A DNA stretch of 39,235 bases from the NCBI RefSeq assembly GCF_001194135.2, contig NC_068981.1:153553124-153592358 (forward strand), given 5' to 3'. The stretch comes from Octopus bimaculoides (Eukaryota). Below, piece after piece: positions 12,325 to 24,879 of this stretch. The translations under genes and the position numbers were made by a program. Each line of letters opens with the position of its first letter. Position 1 is the stretch's first letter. The notes under the pieces were generated by a model that worked only from the letters and a program-made list of their open reading frames with translations, searched no databases and was not told the origin of the DNA.

Positions 12325-13268
12325 NNNNNNNNNNNNNNNNNNNNNNNNNNNNNNNNNNNNNNNNNNNNNNNNNNNNNNNNNNNNNNNNNNNNNNNNNNNN
12401 NNNNNNNNNNNNNNNNNNNNNNNNNNNNNNNNNNNNNNNNNNNNNNNNNNNNNNNNNNNNNNNNNNNNNNNNNNNNNNNNNNNNNNNNNNNNNNNNNNNN
12501 NNNNNNNNNNNNNNNNNNNNNNNNNNNNNNNNNNNNNNNNNNNNNNNNNNNNNNNNNNNNNNNNNNNNNNNNNNNNNNNNNNNNNNNNNNNNNNNNNNNN
12601 NNNNNNNNNNNNNNNNNNNNNNNNNNNNNNNNNNNNNNNNNNNNNNNNNNNNNNNNNNNNNNNNNNNNNNNNNNNNNNNNNNNNNNNNNNNNNNNNNNNN
12701 NNNNNNNNNNNNNNNNNNNNNNNNNNNNNNNNNNNNNNNNNNNNNNNNNNNNNNNNNNNNNNNNNNNNNNNNNNNNNNNNNNNNNNNNNNNNNNNNNNNN
12801 NNNNNNNNNNNNNNNNNNNNNNNNNNNNNNNNNNNNNNNNNNNNNNNNNNNNNNNNNNNNNNNNNNNNNNNNNNNNNNNNNNNNNNNNNNNNNNNNNNNN
12901 NNNNNNNNNNNNNNNNNNNNAGTAGTAGAGGTGATCATGGCGGCGGCGGCGGCGGTGGCGGCGGTGGCGGAGATGGAAATGATGGTGATGACGAAGCTGG
13001 CGATAAGGAGTTAACGGTAATGATGGATGGAATTAGTAGTGGTATTGAATTTTTAACATATAATAATTAAGAAACTGATGAAAAAATTCCATGATAGAAT
13101 TACTGAAATATTTATTTAGTTTTTGTTTTTGAAAGTTTCTTTTATTTTTTTAAGGTGGATATGTTCAGTAAGAAATTAATTTTTTTTTCTTTTCAATTCA
13201 CCAGGGGGCCGCATGAACGACAATAATTTTTGGCCATTTCTTGTTAATTTAACTGAATAACTCTGATA

Positions 13269-13325
<57 letters not shown>

Positions 13326-14959
13326 CATTATTTTTGTATTCAAACTAAAGTCCTAGTGACAATGTGTTTCATTCTCTCGCTCCTTCCTAATTTCTTTCTT
13401 CGAATCACTCCTGAATCCATCCTTGAACTTACAACGTTACTTACCAGCTCCTTTCTTTTATTTTTCTACACTAACTTCCAATGTCAAAGTTGATCAATAG
13501 GAATAATGAAGAGAAAGTCTCCTTGGGCCATGAAAAACCGTTAGTAGAGTTAAGCAGTAAGTTGAGAGCACTGCCGTGACCTGTTCTCCAACGATGACTG
13601 ACTGGGTCGGCAAAGAAGCACTCCAAATGGTGAGAAGTAAAACCAAGAGCAGATAACCGGGGAAAACATCTCAGCGTGGCCAGAAGCAATTCCTTTGGAC
13701 TACACAATACGCTAATTAAGCGAGTCTAAACATCACTTTCGTGGAGGATATCTAGGAAAGATTGATACATAGATAAAGAAAAAGTTCTTAACTATACCTC
13801 AGGTCATGATCTTTTTCTTGTGGCTCTAACTACCATAGCAGTGTAGATCTCTGAATGTGTAAATGTATGTATATATATGTGTGTGTGTGCACGCATGTAT
13901 GTATGTATGCCTATATTTATATATAGATNNNNNNNNNNNNNNNNNNNNNNNNNNNNNNNNNNNNNNNNNNNNNNNNNNNNNNNNNNNNNNNNNNNNNNNN
14001 NNNNNNNNNNNNNNNNNNNNNNNNNNNNNNNNNNNNNNNNNNNNNNNNNNNNNNNNNNNNNNNNNNNNNNNNNNNNNNNNNNNNNNNNNNNNNNNNNNNN
14101 NNNNNNNNNNNNNNNNNNNNNNNNNNNNNNNNNNNNNNNNNNNNNNNNNNNNNNNNNNNNNNNNNNNNNNNNNNNNNNNNNNNNNNNNNNNNNNNNNNNN
14201 NNNNNNNNNNNNNNNNNNNNNNNNNNNNNNNNNNNNNNNNNNNNNNNNNNNNNNNNNNNNNNNNNNNNNNNNNNNNNNNATATATATATATATATATATA
14301 CATTCTTGTGTGTGAACACAGTTATACACAAGCGCACACATTTGGAAGACTTGAATTTTGATAATACTGACACATACTTAGGTGATCCCAACATAACACA
14401 CAAACCTTTGACGACATTTACAAGAGTTTTCTTCTTTTTTAAAAAAAAAATATTCTCAACAAGCAAAGAACATAGTTCTCTCAATCAACTCCAAAGTAAA
14501 TCCTTTATTTCAGTTAGAACTCTCTACAGATCACATAGTTATCATTTCTTAATATTTGTTCTTCATTTTCATTCTGATACTTTTAGATATTTCCTAGGAG
14601 TTCCCTTCCTACTTGATTAGTGTTAGTTTCATTATACATTTTTTTTTCAAGAAGTAAAAAATTTAGTTCGTAAAATGTGGTATATAAATTAATCTTCTTC
14701 TTCAATTTTGCCCTATTTTTCTTTCAATTTGTGTGTGTGTATACGCGCGTGCGTGTGTGTGTGTGTGTGTGTGTAAGTATGTATGTATATATGTATGTAT
14801 ATATGTATATACCTATGTTTCCATCTATATATACATAGTTATATATGTATGTATTAACATATATTTATTTATTACATATATATTTCTCACACACATGTTT
14901 GTATCTATATATCTACGTATTACATATAATAATTTTTTATATTATATTATACATGTTCA

Positions 14960-16075
14960 TTTATTCTTTTCTTTTCTTATTTTTCTATGCATTTCTGCCT
15001 AAATGCTACGGCCATGCAGGAACACCACCAGAGTTATCACCTTTTTCCAATGGTCATTCTTTTGTGATCGGCTTTTGGTGAAGACTGGAGTTCGATATTG
15101 CTACCCCCTGTTAAGTTTCTTGCTGTGATGAAGGTTCATCTGGGATCTTGGACAGCAAGAAGTCGACTTGTTTCTCGAAAATATCTACCCCTGCTCCATA
15201 TAGATATCTTAGACGGTTTTTTGGCAAGATATTAAATAGCCGTAGGCCCTTGAATCCCAAGCTAATGCAGTACATGGCCCTCATTCTAGACGGGACAGAT
15301 GAGACCTTTGGAAGAGTGCAGTGGAATCCAGTTCGGGGGCTGGTATACCTCTCGACGTCAAAGTTGGACGCCAAGCCCTCCAGGTTCTTCCATACATATA
15401 TCACAGCATATTTCTCCCGTCTTCGTTCCAAGTAGTTGAGTCGTAACTCTTTCAGTCTCTCCCAATTGCTCAGCTGTTCCATTGATGTGATCTTCCTAGT
15501 GTAACACCACCTCATGTTCCGCTACAGTTGAGAGTAGTAGGTCACACAGCTGAAGACAAATGACCTCCGTAGAACCAGAATAGTTTCTTGGTAACCTTGT
15601 TCTGAAAGTTCTCAGAATCCATTTGGCCATTCTCCTGCACATTGCACCATCTTTATCATATACACGTGAAGCGAGGCGTTGTTACTCATGATCACACACT
15701 GTACTTGACAAGTATCTTTGTTGCAGCATGTTAGCACATACTGGCTGATAGCGGGGGGGNNNNNNNNNNNNNNNNNNNNNNNNNNNNNNNNNNNNNNNNN
15801 NNNNGGCCTTGGAAGTTTCCAGCATTAAATTGGATACTGCTTCTTCAGCTCATTAATATTTATCATCTAGGTCCTTCGGTAGAAGATTAGCGTCGAAATG
15901 TACCTTGATTACTTGTACTACTTTTGTGTTGTCGGTATAGCTAGTAAATATGGTTGTCAGTATAACGGACGGCACGTCTGAAAGAGCTGCCATAAACCGT
16001 AGCGCCCCCTAGACATACGCCTGAGGCACTCCACTCGCTTTTACTGTTTCCTTGGAGAGGGCCCTATTGACTACT
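14960..16075 (-). mobile_element. CR1-group (CR1/L2/Crack/Daphne-like) LINE, 5'-truncated: RT core, ORF2 C-terminus and 3' UTR; antisense to Awh
   Basis: Minus-strand translation: SGVPQ (16021-16035), SYTDNTK (degenerate YADD, 15928-15939), RMAKWILRTFRTR, WERLKELRL..LERRREKY..IYVWK..EGL, GLRLFNILP, DFLLSKIPDEP. An A-rich tail follows near 14960-14985. Confidence 0.88.
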
Positions 16076-16174
16076 GTCATTTAAGGAGTCATGTAAGCAC
16101 TCCCCCATTGGCGGGGAATCTGTTTGGTAGTTTTGATGAAATAAGTCTTCAACATAACTTCACTGACGTAACTT

Positions 16175-16440
16175 TTGACATTACAATTTCATTACACATG
16201 TTTGTGGAAGACCAGTTGTTGCCCATGCATGCCATTCTCCCCTCTCCACACCACCGACGTTATCTAAGAGAAAGATCATGGTCATGACAGCTTGGCACCA
16301 GCGACGTTGCAATCCATTTCTGCAGCTGAGTGATTTGGAACAGCGTGAAATTTCTTGCTCAAGAACACAACACACAGTTTGGTCGGTCAATCGAACTTAC
16401 AACTGTAAGATACACGCTCTAACCACTGATCCATGCGCCT
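16175..16440 (-). mobile_element. tRNA-derived CORE-like SINE
   Basis: Minus strand: GGCGCATGGATCAGTGGTTAGAGCG...GTTCGATTG...TGTGTTGTGTTCTTGAGCAAG. Same family as 24645-24850 and 30737-31075. Confidence 0.75.
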
Positions 16441-17057
16441 TCATATAAACACACACACATATACATACATACATACGTACATACATACATACGTACATAC
16501 GTACATACGTACATACATACATACATACATACATGCATACATACATACATACAAACTTTCCAAAAATTTAGCACATAAATACATATGCATGCATCTAAAA
16601 CGCATCTATAAAACAAACATACAAATCTGCGCATACACTAACACCAAATACTGCACACACACACACATATGCACAAATACCTAGATGATGTTGATAAAAG
16701 TTCCAATGAAGGAGCCTTGAATCTATGTTAGAGTCTGGCTCTTTCTCTATGGACAAGAAATACAGAAATGAAACTGATTGATAACATACATACATACCTG
16801 TGAGTGTGTTTTGTGTGCATACGATACGAAAGGAATTACTGGAACCAACTTATCCAAATTCTCCAACAGAATTTTATATTTCGATTTTCTTAAACCATAT
16901 TCCGTTTTTTATTTGAAACAAAAATGTTAAAGATATCGTTTATTGTAATTTGATGCTTTGTTTTTCTTTCCAAATTTTAACAAGTTTCATGAAGCATGTG
17001 AAAATGAGTTAACTATATTTAATATAATATCTCTTTCGTTTTTTGTATTTCTTGCAG

Positions 17058-17269
17058 GGAATTTGGTGTCAAATGCCCAAAATGTTTACGGGTGATCTTT
17101 GCCAAAGACTGGGTCCGGAAAGCGCGAGAGTTCACATATCATATTGCATGCTTTGCATGCGACAGCTGCAAACGTCAACTATCAACGGGAGAGGAATTCG
17201 CCCTTCGTGGCGACCGTTTGTTATGCAAACCACACTACATAGATCTCATCGAGGGCGGTCCTGGTAGAG
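17058..17269 (+). CDS. Awh: LIM-homeobox protein Lhx6/8 (arrowhead), exon encoding the second LIM domain
   Basis: Acceptor TTTCTTGCAG (AG 17056-17057) and donor GAG|GTAACA (GT 17270-17271). Translation (R)[70 protein letters not shown] has C-x2-C-x18-H-x2-C-x2-C-x2-C-x18-C-x2-H with all 8 Zn ligands. DWVRxAR and [11 protein letters not shown] are typical of Lhx6/8 LIM2. Confidence 0.95.
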
Positions 17270-17660
17270 GTAACAGTCCATTCTTTATCAATATTTAAAA
17301 TATTGTATTAGTTCGGAGCATTGAGTTTGTATAAGGGCGATAGAGAGAGAGAGAGAGGATCAAATGTTTTGCAGTTATTAATTTTATCTTTGTTCGGTCA
17401 GAGGTTAAATCTCAATAAACCACATGAATTGAATTTGTTTTTCATCTTGCGTGAATTGATAAAATAATCACTAGCCAACTAATGCGTACATACTCCATTA
17501 CAAAATTAGAGCTAAACATTGTCAAGGAAATCCATAGTTCTTTAACTCCATTAATCACAACTATTTTATTATCATCATCATCATCATCATCATCATCATT
17601 AGTAGTAGTAGTAGTAGTAGTAGCAGTAGTTATTAGTAGTAGTATTTTTTATTATTTGAA

Positions 17661-17855
17661 AAGCGGCGAGCTGGGTTGAATCGTTAGCACGTCAGACAAA
17701 ATATTTTCTTCCAGCTTTTTATGTTCTGAGTTCAAATCGCACCGAGTTCAATTTGCCTTTTATTCTTTCGAAGTCGCTAAACTATTGTACTAGTCACGAA
17801 CTGGAGCTGAACCCTTCCCGTCAACTGTACAAATCCTGTGCATGGATCAGAAACA
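17661..17855 (+). mobile_element. Diverged short-family SINE
   Basis: Head AAGCGGCGAGCTGG...GTTAGCAC, B-box-like TGAGTTCAAATCG, tail GAAACAATTATT. Confidence 0.7.
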
Positions 17856-17885
17856 ATTATTATTTTATTATATTATTTGAGAGAG

Positions 17886-18082
17886 AAGGAAGTGAGACTT
17901 CGGGATATTTTTATGGAACCTTCAAGGATCTTGTTGAACAACGCCGACCATCTTGATCTCCGTAGAAGCTAGTCAAGGACCAGGTGGCAATTAAAGACAA
18001 GGAGGAGCGTGCAATTGTCTTGATGGATAATTTGATCGAGATGTTGACATTCTGCATAGAAACAACATACTTCGAATTGGGG
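17886..18082 (+). pseudogene. Probable Penelope-like element reverse-transcriptase remnant
   Basis: 17996-18082 reads DKEERAIVLMDNLIEMLTFCIETTYFELG, resembling the PLE RT motif (ERT.L..D.I.ELL.FCL.TTYF.F.G) recalled from family knowledge; not confirmed by a search. Confidence 0.5.
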
Positions 18083-18409
18083 TGTGACCAGTGGCGTAGC
18101 ACTCCTTGAGTTTTATCCCATCTTGCACCTCGGACTCCTATGCCTGTACAGGTTAGTACAACAGACTCTTATGTTGCCCCATAAGAGCGTTGCCCGAGGT
18201 AGATCTTTCCCACGCCCTCCATCCACTAGCTACGTTACAGAGAGGGAACGATATTAGAAAGGTGAAGGGTTAGCTAATCAGTTTACGGTTACCCAATGAT
18301 AGCAAACTTATACATGGATTATTTTAAGGAAATGGTTTTAGGAATGGTACTACATAATCCAGTCATGCGGCTGTGATATGTTAAACCAGACTTCAGATTA
18401 GATCAAACA

Positions 18410-18690
18410 TACAATAGTATGTGCGACCCGTTTGACGGCCTTCCGCACAAATACCATTTACTTGAGGGTCCATATAAGATTTTTTTTTTTTTTGCTAAAA
18501 TTTATGTGCAATAAATTCCTTATATTTCTATGATACACTAAATATTTTAACATTTTTTTTTTATATAGAACTCCTAATAATATTTAATTCTAAAGATATA
18601 AAATATTTTAAGCATCGAATGGCTACGAGGGTCCACCCGATTAAAATAGGAATCAAAAGGTCGATAGGTAAAAAAAAATGGTTTAAAACC
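18410..18690. mobile_element. Possible non-autonomous hAT-like/MITE remnant
   Basis: GC-richer ends containing GAGGGTCCA twice around an AT-rich core; the 3' end AAAAAAATGGTTTAAAACC resembles hAT MITE termini. Termini not resolved. Confidence 0.3.
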
Positions 18691-19159
18691 TTGAGCTGAC
18701 TCGAGGAGTCGTGGTTAAGGCGACGCGAACTCGTTTTGTATCGAGAAATGCGTAATTACGAAATGAACACATTAACCACACAACTATACCTTTAATGAGG
18801 TGTTTGGAGTAGTAAAATATTTACTCTAGATATGTGGCAACATCGTTCTATATTTTAAAATATAATGTTCGGTCCATGTTTATTATAATAAATTTATTCG
18901 ATAATTGATCGTAAACATGTTTTATTTCCATATGGTTTCATTATAACATTTGAGAAAGTTGAAGAAGGGACATTACAGAAAATATTATAATTAAATTCCT
19001 GAGTTAAAAAGAAAATGACATAACTTCTGAAGTTTTTTTTTAACGAATATTATAAATTATAGTATCTACATTAATGAATATAATATTCAAAGATAAAAAA
19101 AAATATCGAGTGTGTGTATGATATATATATAAGCATCCATGCATGCATATATGTGTTTG

Positions 19160-19260
<101 letters not shown>

Positions 19261-19671
19261 AAGTTGCATGTATGTGTGTATGTGTGTATGTGTGTTATGT
19301 ATATATACGACAATTTGTTTTATTGTTGAATGTCATATAATTAAAGGAGATACACATTTATATCGGTAAAAAATTACAAAATTACATGTAAGAATACTCA
19401 CACACGCATACAAACAAACATACATACATATATACATACATACATACATACATACATGCATACATACATACATACATAATTACATAATTTTAAAAATATT
19501 TTGCCAATAATACAAACTTATATCAACATCAATTATATGATATTCAGCGATATAAAAAAGCGTGCGTATGTATGAACACACGCGCACACACACATACACA
19601 CACACACACATACACACACAAATACACACACACACACACACTCACACACACACACAGATGTATACATGTGT

Positions 19672-19714
<43 letters not shown>

Positions 19715-19755
19715 TGTGTGTGCGCGTGTAAAATATCCCTCCATCTATTCGCGCA

Positions 19756-19830
19756 AAGGAAGAGAGATTTCAAGATATTTTTATGGAACCTTCAAAGATG
19801 CTGTTGAACAGGGACGACCATCTTGATCTC
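19756..19830 (+). repeat. Second copy of 17886-17960 (65/75 identical)
   Basis: Hand alignment; shared core GATATTTTTATGGAACCTTCAA...TGTTGAACA...CGACCATCTTGATCTC. Confidence 0.85.
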
Positions 19831-19874
19831 TGTGCATGCGTGCATATATGTGTATCTGTGTGTGTATGTGTGTG

Positions 19875-19916
<42 letters not shown>

Positions 19917-20065
19917 CATACATACATACATACATACATACATACATACATACATACACACATGTATAGTTTACATGCTTGACAGTCACTTCAAAATTTC
20001 GGCCAGCTCTACCATTATCAGATGGTTTAATATATTATATTATACATACATATATATATATATAT

Positions 20066-21729
20066 ATGGAAAGATTGCTTCTCTTGTGGATCAACAAGAA
20101 GCAACTCGCAGGTGATACGATTGTGGAGACCATCATCTGCGAGAAAGAACGAGCGCTGTATGAGAATGTCCTGAAGCAGAATCCTGGAACATCGACGGAG
20201 GAGACATCAGCAGACACATTTAAGGTCAGTCGCTGCTGGTTTGATAATTTCAAGAAGAGGAGTGGTGTTCATAGCGTCGTTAAGTAAGAAGAACCAGCGA
20301 GTTCTGATACGAAGGCAGCTGAAGGTTTCATGCGTGAATTCCGTCAGCTCATCGCAGCCGGGGGTTCATTTTACAACAGGTATTCAACTGTGATGAAACT
20401 GGCCTTTTCGGTATAAAAAAAAAATGCCCAGAGGAACCTACATAACTGCAGAGAAGAAGATGCCAGGCCATAAGTCTATGAAAATAGGCTAACTCACCCT
20501 GTGTGCCAATTCGAGTGGAGACTTGAGGATTATGCCGCTCTTTGTTTACCATTCCGAAAACTCACGAGCGTTCAAGTCGCACAAAATCCTGAAGGAGAAG
20601 ATGCAGGTTATGTGGAGGGCAAAAGGTTAAAGCCTGGGTCACCAGGCAATTCTTCTCCGAGTAGGTCAACCTTGCCTTTAGACCAGCAGTGAAAAAGTAC
20701 CTTTTGAAGAAGGCCGTCCTCGTCCTCGACAATGCTAACTTCAAAGATGATATCCTGGACGAATTTAAACTTATGAAGTTCTGTACCTTTCACGAAACAC
20801 CAACCCTATCTTGCAGCCCATGGACCAACAGGTGATTTCTAATCTTAAGAAATTTATACACCAAACACCTGAAGTCACTGAAAATACAAATCTAACCCTT
20901 CATGATTTTTGGAAGGAAAACTACATTGTAAACTGCCTGAAAATCATTGAGGTTGATGATGGGGACATTAACGAACTTATCGAGGAACATTCAGAGGAGC
21001 TGACTCCAGATGAACTCTTGCAGCTTCAAGAACAGCAGCATTTGGATGTGGTAGAAGAGATTGGTTCCCCGGAAGAGAACAGTGTAACGGAGAATGCTAT
21101 CTCTACGAGTGACATAAAGGCAGTGTTGGCAAAGTGACAGCATGTTTCTGAATTTGTAGAAGAATATCATCCTGAAAAAGTATCTATAGATCGTGCAGCT
21201 GCTTTGTTTTATGACACTGCGCATTTTCGCAACCTTTTGAAAGGCAGGAAAAAGCAGACTTTTTCTTGATATGTTTCTTGATGAAACGACCTGCAAGAGT
21301 AAAAAATGAAGAAAGTGTGTCCAAAATGCCTGAATTTAGCGAAGTGAGGGAGAAAACGCCAGACATTATTCTTCCTGAAGACTTAATGGAAGGAGATTCT
21401 CCTTCCAAACAGTAATCCTCCTTCTCCCCGCTCTGTCGTCTTCCTCGCGCACAAATCTCCCATCTTTAAGGTTAATAAAACCAGTTGACATATTTCTTTC
21501 GCATTCTCTTTCTATAATTGTCATTTTACTTGTAACTACACCTTTTCTGTTTTAAATCCCATAAAAGTTTGGGTGGGTTTTTTTTTTTTTGGCGGGGGGG
21601 AACGAATTAATTATATTTTAATTAATTTCAATGGGGAAAATTGATTTGTAAAACGAGTAAATCGTAAAACGAGTAAATCGTAAAACGAGTTCGAACATGG
21701 AACGAATTAAACTCGTACAGCAAGGTATC

Positions 21730-21733
<4 letters not shown>
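20066..21733 (+). mobile_element. Tigger/pogo-family (Tc1-mariner superfamily) DNA transposon fossil; 5' end missing, 3' TIR retained
   Basis: CENP-B-type HTH (MERLLLLWINKKQLAGD..FKVSRCWFDNFKKRSG). DDD triad: FNCDETGLF (D 20392), VLVLDNA (D 20728), LQPMDQQV (D 20824). Many frameshifts and stops. 16-bp subterminal tandem GTAAAACGAGTAAATC (21648-21690). Terminal CTCGTACAGCAAGGTATCACTG resembles a Tigger TIR. Confidence 0.9.
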
Positions 21734-21787
<54 letters not shown>

Positions 21788-22199
21788 CGTGTGTGTGTAT
21801 GTATGCATGTACAATTGTATGTATGTATGTATGTATGTATTTATGTGTGTATGAATGTATATATATAGATAGATAGATAGATAGATACATACATACATAC
21901 ATACATACATACATACATACATAATACATACATACATACATACATACAATCGTTCTTAACGGTTGAACACTAGATAATGCTATATATAATGGTAGAACCC
22001 CTGTATTGTCTACAGATGCGGGTTGGTACCCTACGGACAAACTTCGACTTTCTCTGTCCAAAGGAATATCTACAAGCAATTATTCATATTTTTATACACC
22101 CCAAGTTCAACGATTGAAAACCAAGTATTTCACGTTCACTCGCAGTTTCTAAATTCTTATAATATGTGAATAAACACACACACACACACACAAATATAT

Positions 22200-22380
22200 C
22201 TTTTATTTTTTACATGCTTCAGTCATTTGCCTGCAGGCTTTAGTCGAACAAATCCTCAGTACTTACTTTTTACTCTGTTGGTGTTTTTGCCGAACCGCTA
22301 AGCTACAAAGACCTAAACAAGCAACAATGGTTGTCAAGCAGTAATCTGGGACAAACACATACACAGACACACACACACAC
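22200..22380 (-). mobile_element. 3' half of a long-family SINE
   Basis: CTTCAGTCATTTG...TTTAGTCGAAC...TTTGCCGAACCGCTAAG...GGTTGTCAAGC is reverse-complementary to the body of 7570-7750. Confidence 0.75.
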
Positions 22381-22409
22381 GCACACACATCTATAGATAG
22401 ATATATATG

Positions 22410-22538
22410 CGTGATAAGAAGTTTGTTTCCCAACCACATGTTTCAGGGTTCAGTCCCATTCCGTGGCACCTTGGATAAATGTATTCTATTATAGCCTCAA
22501 ATCAACCTAAACTTTGAGTGAAATTGGTGTGAGCGGGC

Positions 22539-22571
<33 letters not shown>

Positions 22572-22664
22572 CATCTGAGTATGTCTGTGTGTATGTGGGC
22601 GTGTGTGTGTGTATCTCTGCATCCGTGTTTCTCCCCACCACCGCTTGATAATCGGTGGTGGTTT
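22410..22664 (+). mobile_element. 5' half of a long-family SINE, running into a gap
   Basis: TTCCCAACCACATG...GGTTCAGTCCCATTCCGTGGCACCTTGG, (TG)n, CCACCGCTTGATAATCGGTG, as in 7370-7590. Confidence 0.75.
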
Positions 22665-22728
22665 NNNNNNNNNNNNNNNNNNNNNNNNNNNNNNNNNNNN
22701 NNNNNNNNNNNNNNNNNNNNNNNNNNNN

Positions 22729-22822
<94 letters not shown>

Positions 22823-22870
22823 TATATATCATACACGCTTACATACATATATACCTACATACATATGTGC

Positions 22871-22919
<49 letters not shown>

Positions 22920-23171
22920 TGCATTAGGAACAAAGGTTCAGCTTTTTCTGATTATACTTGGTGTGCATCAATCACTTTAAATGATTGCGAATGTTAAAGT
23001 CACCTTCGATCATTGAAACTAGCTGCTCATTAAGGAGAAATATTACATAATTCATCAAATTTATTAGTTCCTAAAGACATTTATGGTGTGATTCATTTTA
23101 ATTTTAGCAAATATTACATAAAATAGCGCATTATTATTAACATAAAAGACATATATAAATTCATACATATG

Positions 23172-23250
<79 letters not shown>

Positions 23251-23260
23251 NNNNNNNNNN

Positions 23261-23300
<40 letters not shown>

Positions 23301-23973
23301 CTATATACATATAGACATATGAGTATATGTGTGTCTATATATACATGTATACGTACACATGCTTATGCATTTGTGTATACATATATATAAAAATAAAGAT
23401 ATGTATACACATTTACATAATGTATACATGTATGTATACGTGTATATATGTATGTATGTGTATATATATATATCGATATTTACATATATATACACGCATA
23501 TNNNNNNNNNNNNNNNNNNNNNNNNNNNNNNNNNNNNNNNNNNNNNNNNNNNNNNNNNNNNNNNNNNNNNNNNNNNNNNNNNNNNNNNNNNNNNNNNNNN
23601 NNNNNNNNNNNNNNNNNNNNNNNNNNNNNNNNNNNNNNNNNNNNNNNNNNNNNNNNNNNNNNNNNNNNNNNNNNNNNNNNNNNNNNNNNNNNNNNNNNNN
23701 NNNNNNNNNNNNNNNNNNNNNNNNNNNNNNNNNNNNNNNNNNNNNNNNNNNNNNNNNNNNNNNNNNNNNNNNNNNNNNNNNNNNNNNNNNNNNNNNNNNN
23801 NNNNNNNNNNNNNNNNNNNNNNNNNNNNNNNNNNNNNNNNNNNNNNNNNNNNNNNNNNNNNNNNNNNNNNNNNNNNNNNNNNNNNNNNNNNNNNNNNNNN
23901 NNNNNNNNNNNNNNNNNNNNNNNNNNNNNNNNNNNNATATATATATAGAAACACACACAAAATATCGTTATAT

Positions 23974-24004
<31 letters not shown>

Positions 24005-24644
24005 ATGTACGTACGTACGTATGTATGTATGTATGTATGTATGTATAGCCGTGAAATATACATACATACGAATGTACGTACGTACATGCATACGTACATA
24101 CATTTAGGCATATGTACATACATTCATGCATACGTGCATACATACTTAAGTATATGTGTACATACATACTTTGGAAGTAAGGAACGATAGAAAAATTCCT
24201 GAATCCACTGTTGCAGCGTATAATTTTAACGCAAGTTGATGTGCAGAGTGGATACATTCTATTCTTAATTTCGTATATGCAAACCCTAAAATCTTGTGAT
24301 ACTTGCATTTGACTCTACGGATTGTATATTTGATATGTAAGTTCAAATTCTTACTTAAGCTTAGACTTTTCACTATACGAACACTCGACCAATAGCTGGA
24401 CCAGTTTAAACATTCTTGCATCGGTATGTGCAACCAGAGTTCGACATAGACACGGTCATGGAAAAACAATTGCCTCACCTTCATTTAAGTGGTCCATAAC
24501 TTATATATTGATGTTCGCGCTTGTACTTAAATCATGCGTGTTATAACGAACAGCAAGAACTTTAATAAATTTCATTACAAGTTCATAACAATATTTCTGC
24601 ACTCTGTAACTTTCCTGCATCATGCAACATCATTTTAGGTTTAC

Positions 24645-24850
24645 TATGTGCCCAAGGACTCACAGGATCGGAGTTTAATCCGGTTTCCATGATGTTTAAG
24701 TGTTTAGTATTACAACACTCCCTCCTGAACGAGACGCTGGTTCGTTGCACATGTAAGTTACCAGCTATTACGGGAAATGATGTATTTTGCTCAGAACACA
24801 ATATACAGCCCGGTCCGGGAATCGAAACTACGCTCTGATGATCATGACTG
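24645..24850 (-). mobile_element. Diverged CORE-like SINE
   Basis: TTGCTCAGAACACAA...CCCGGTCCGGGAATCGAAAC...TGATCATGA is the reverse complement of a tRNA head plus CORE-like segment. Confidence 0.6.
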
Positions 24851-24879
24851 TAAAAGCAGCAGGCTACGCAACATGATTT

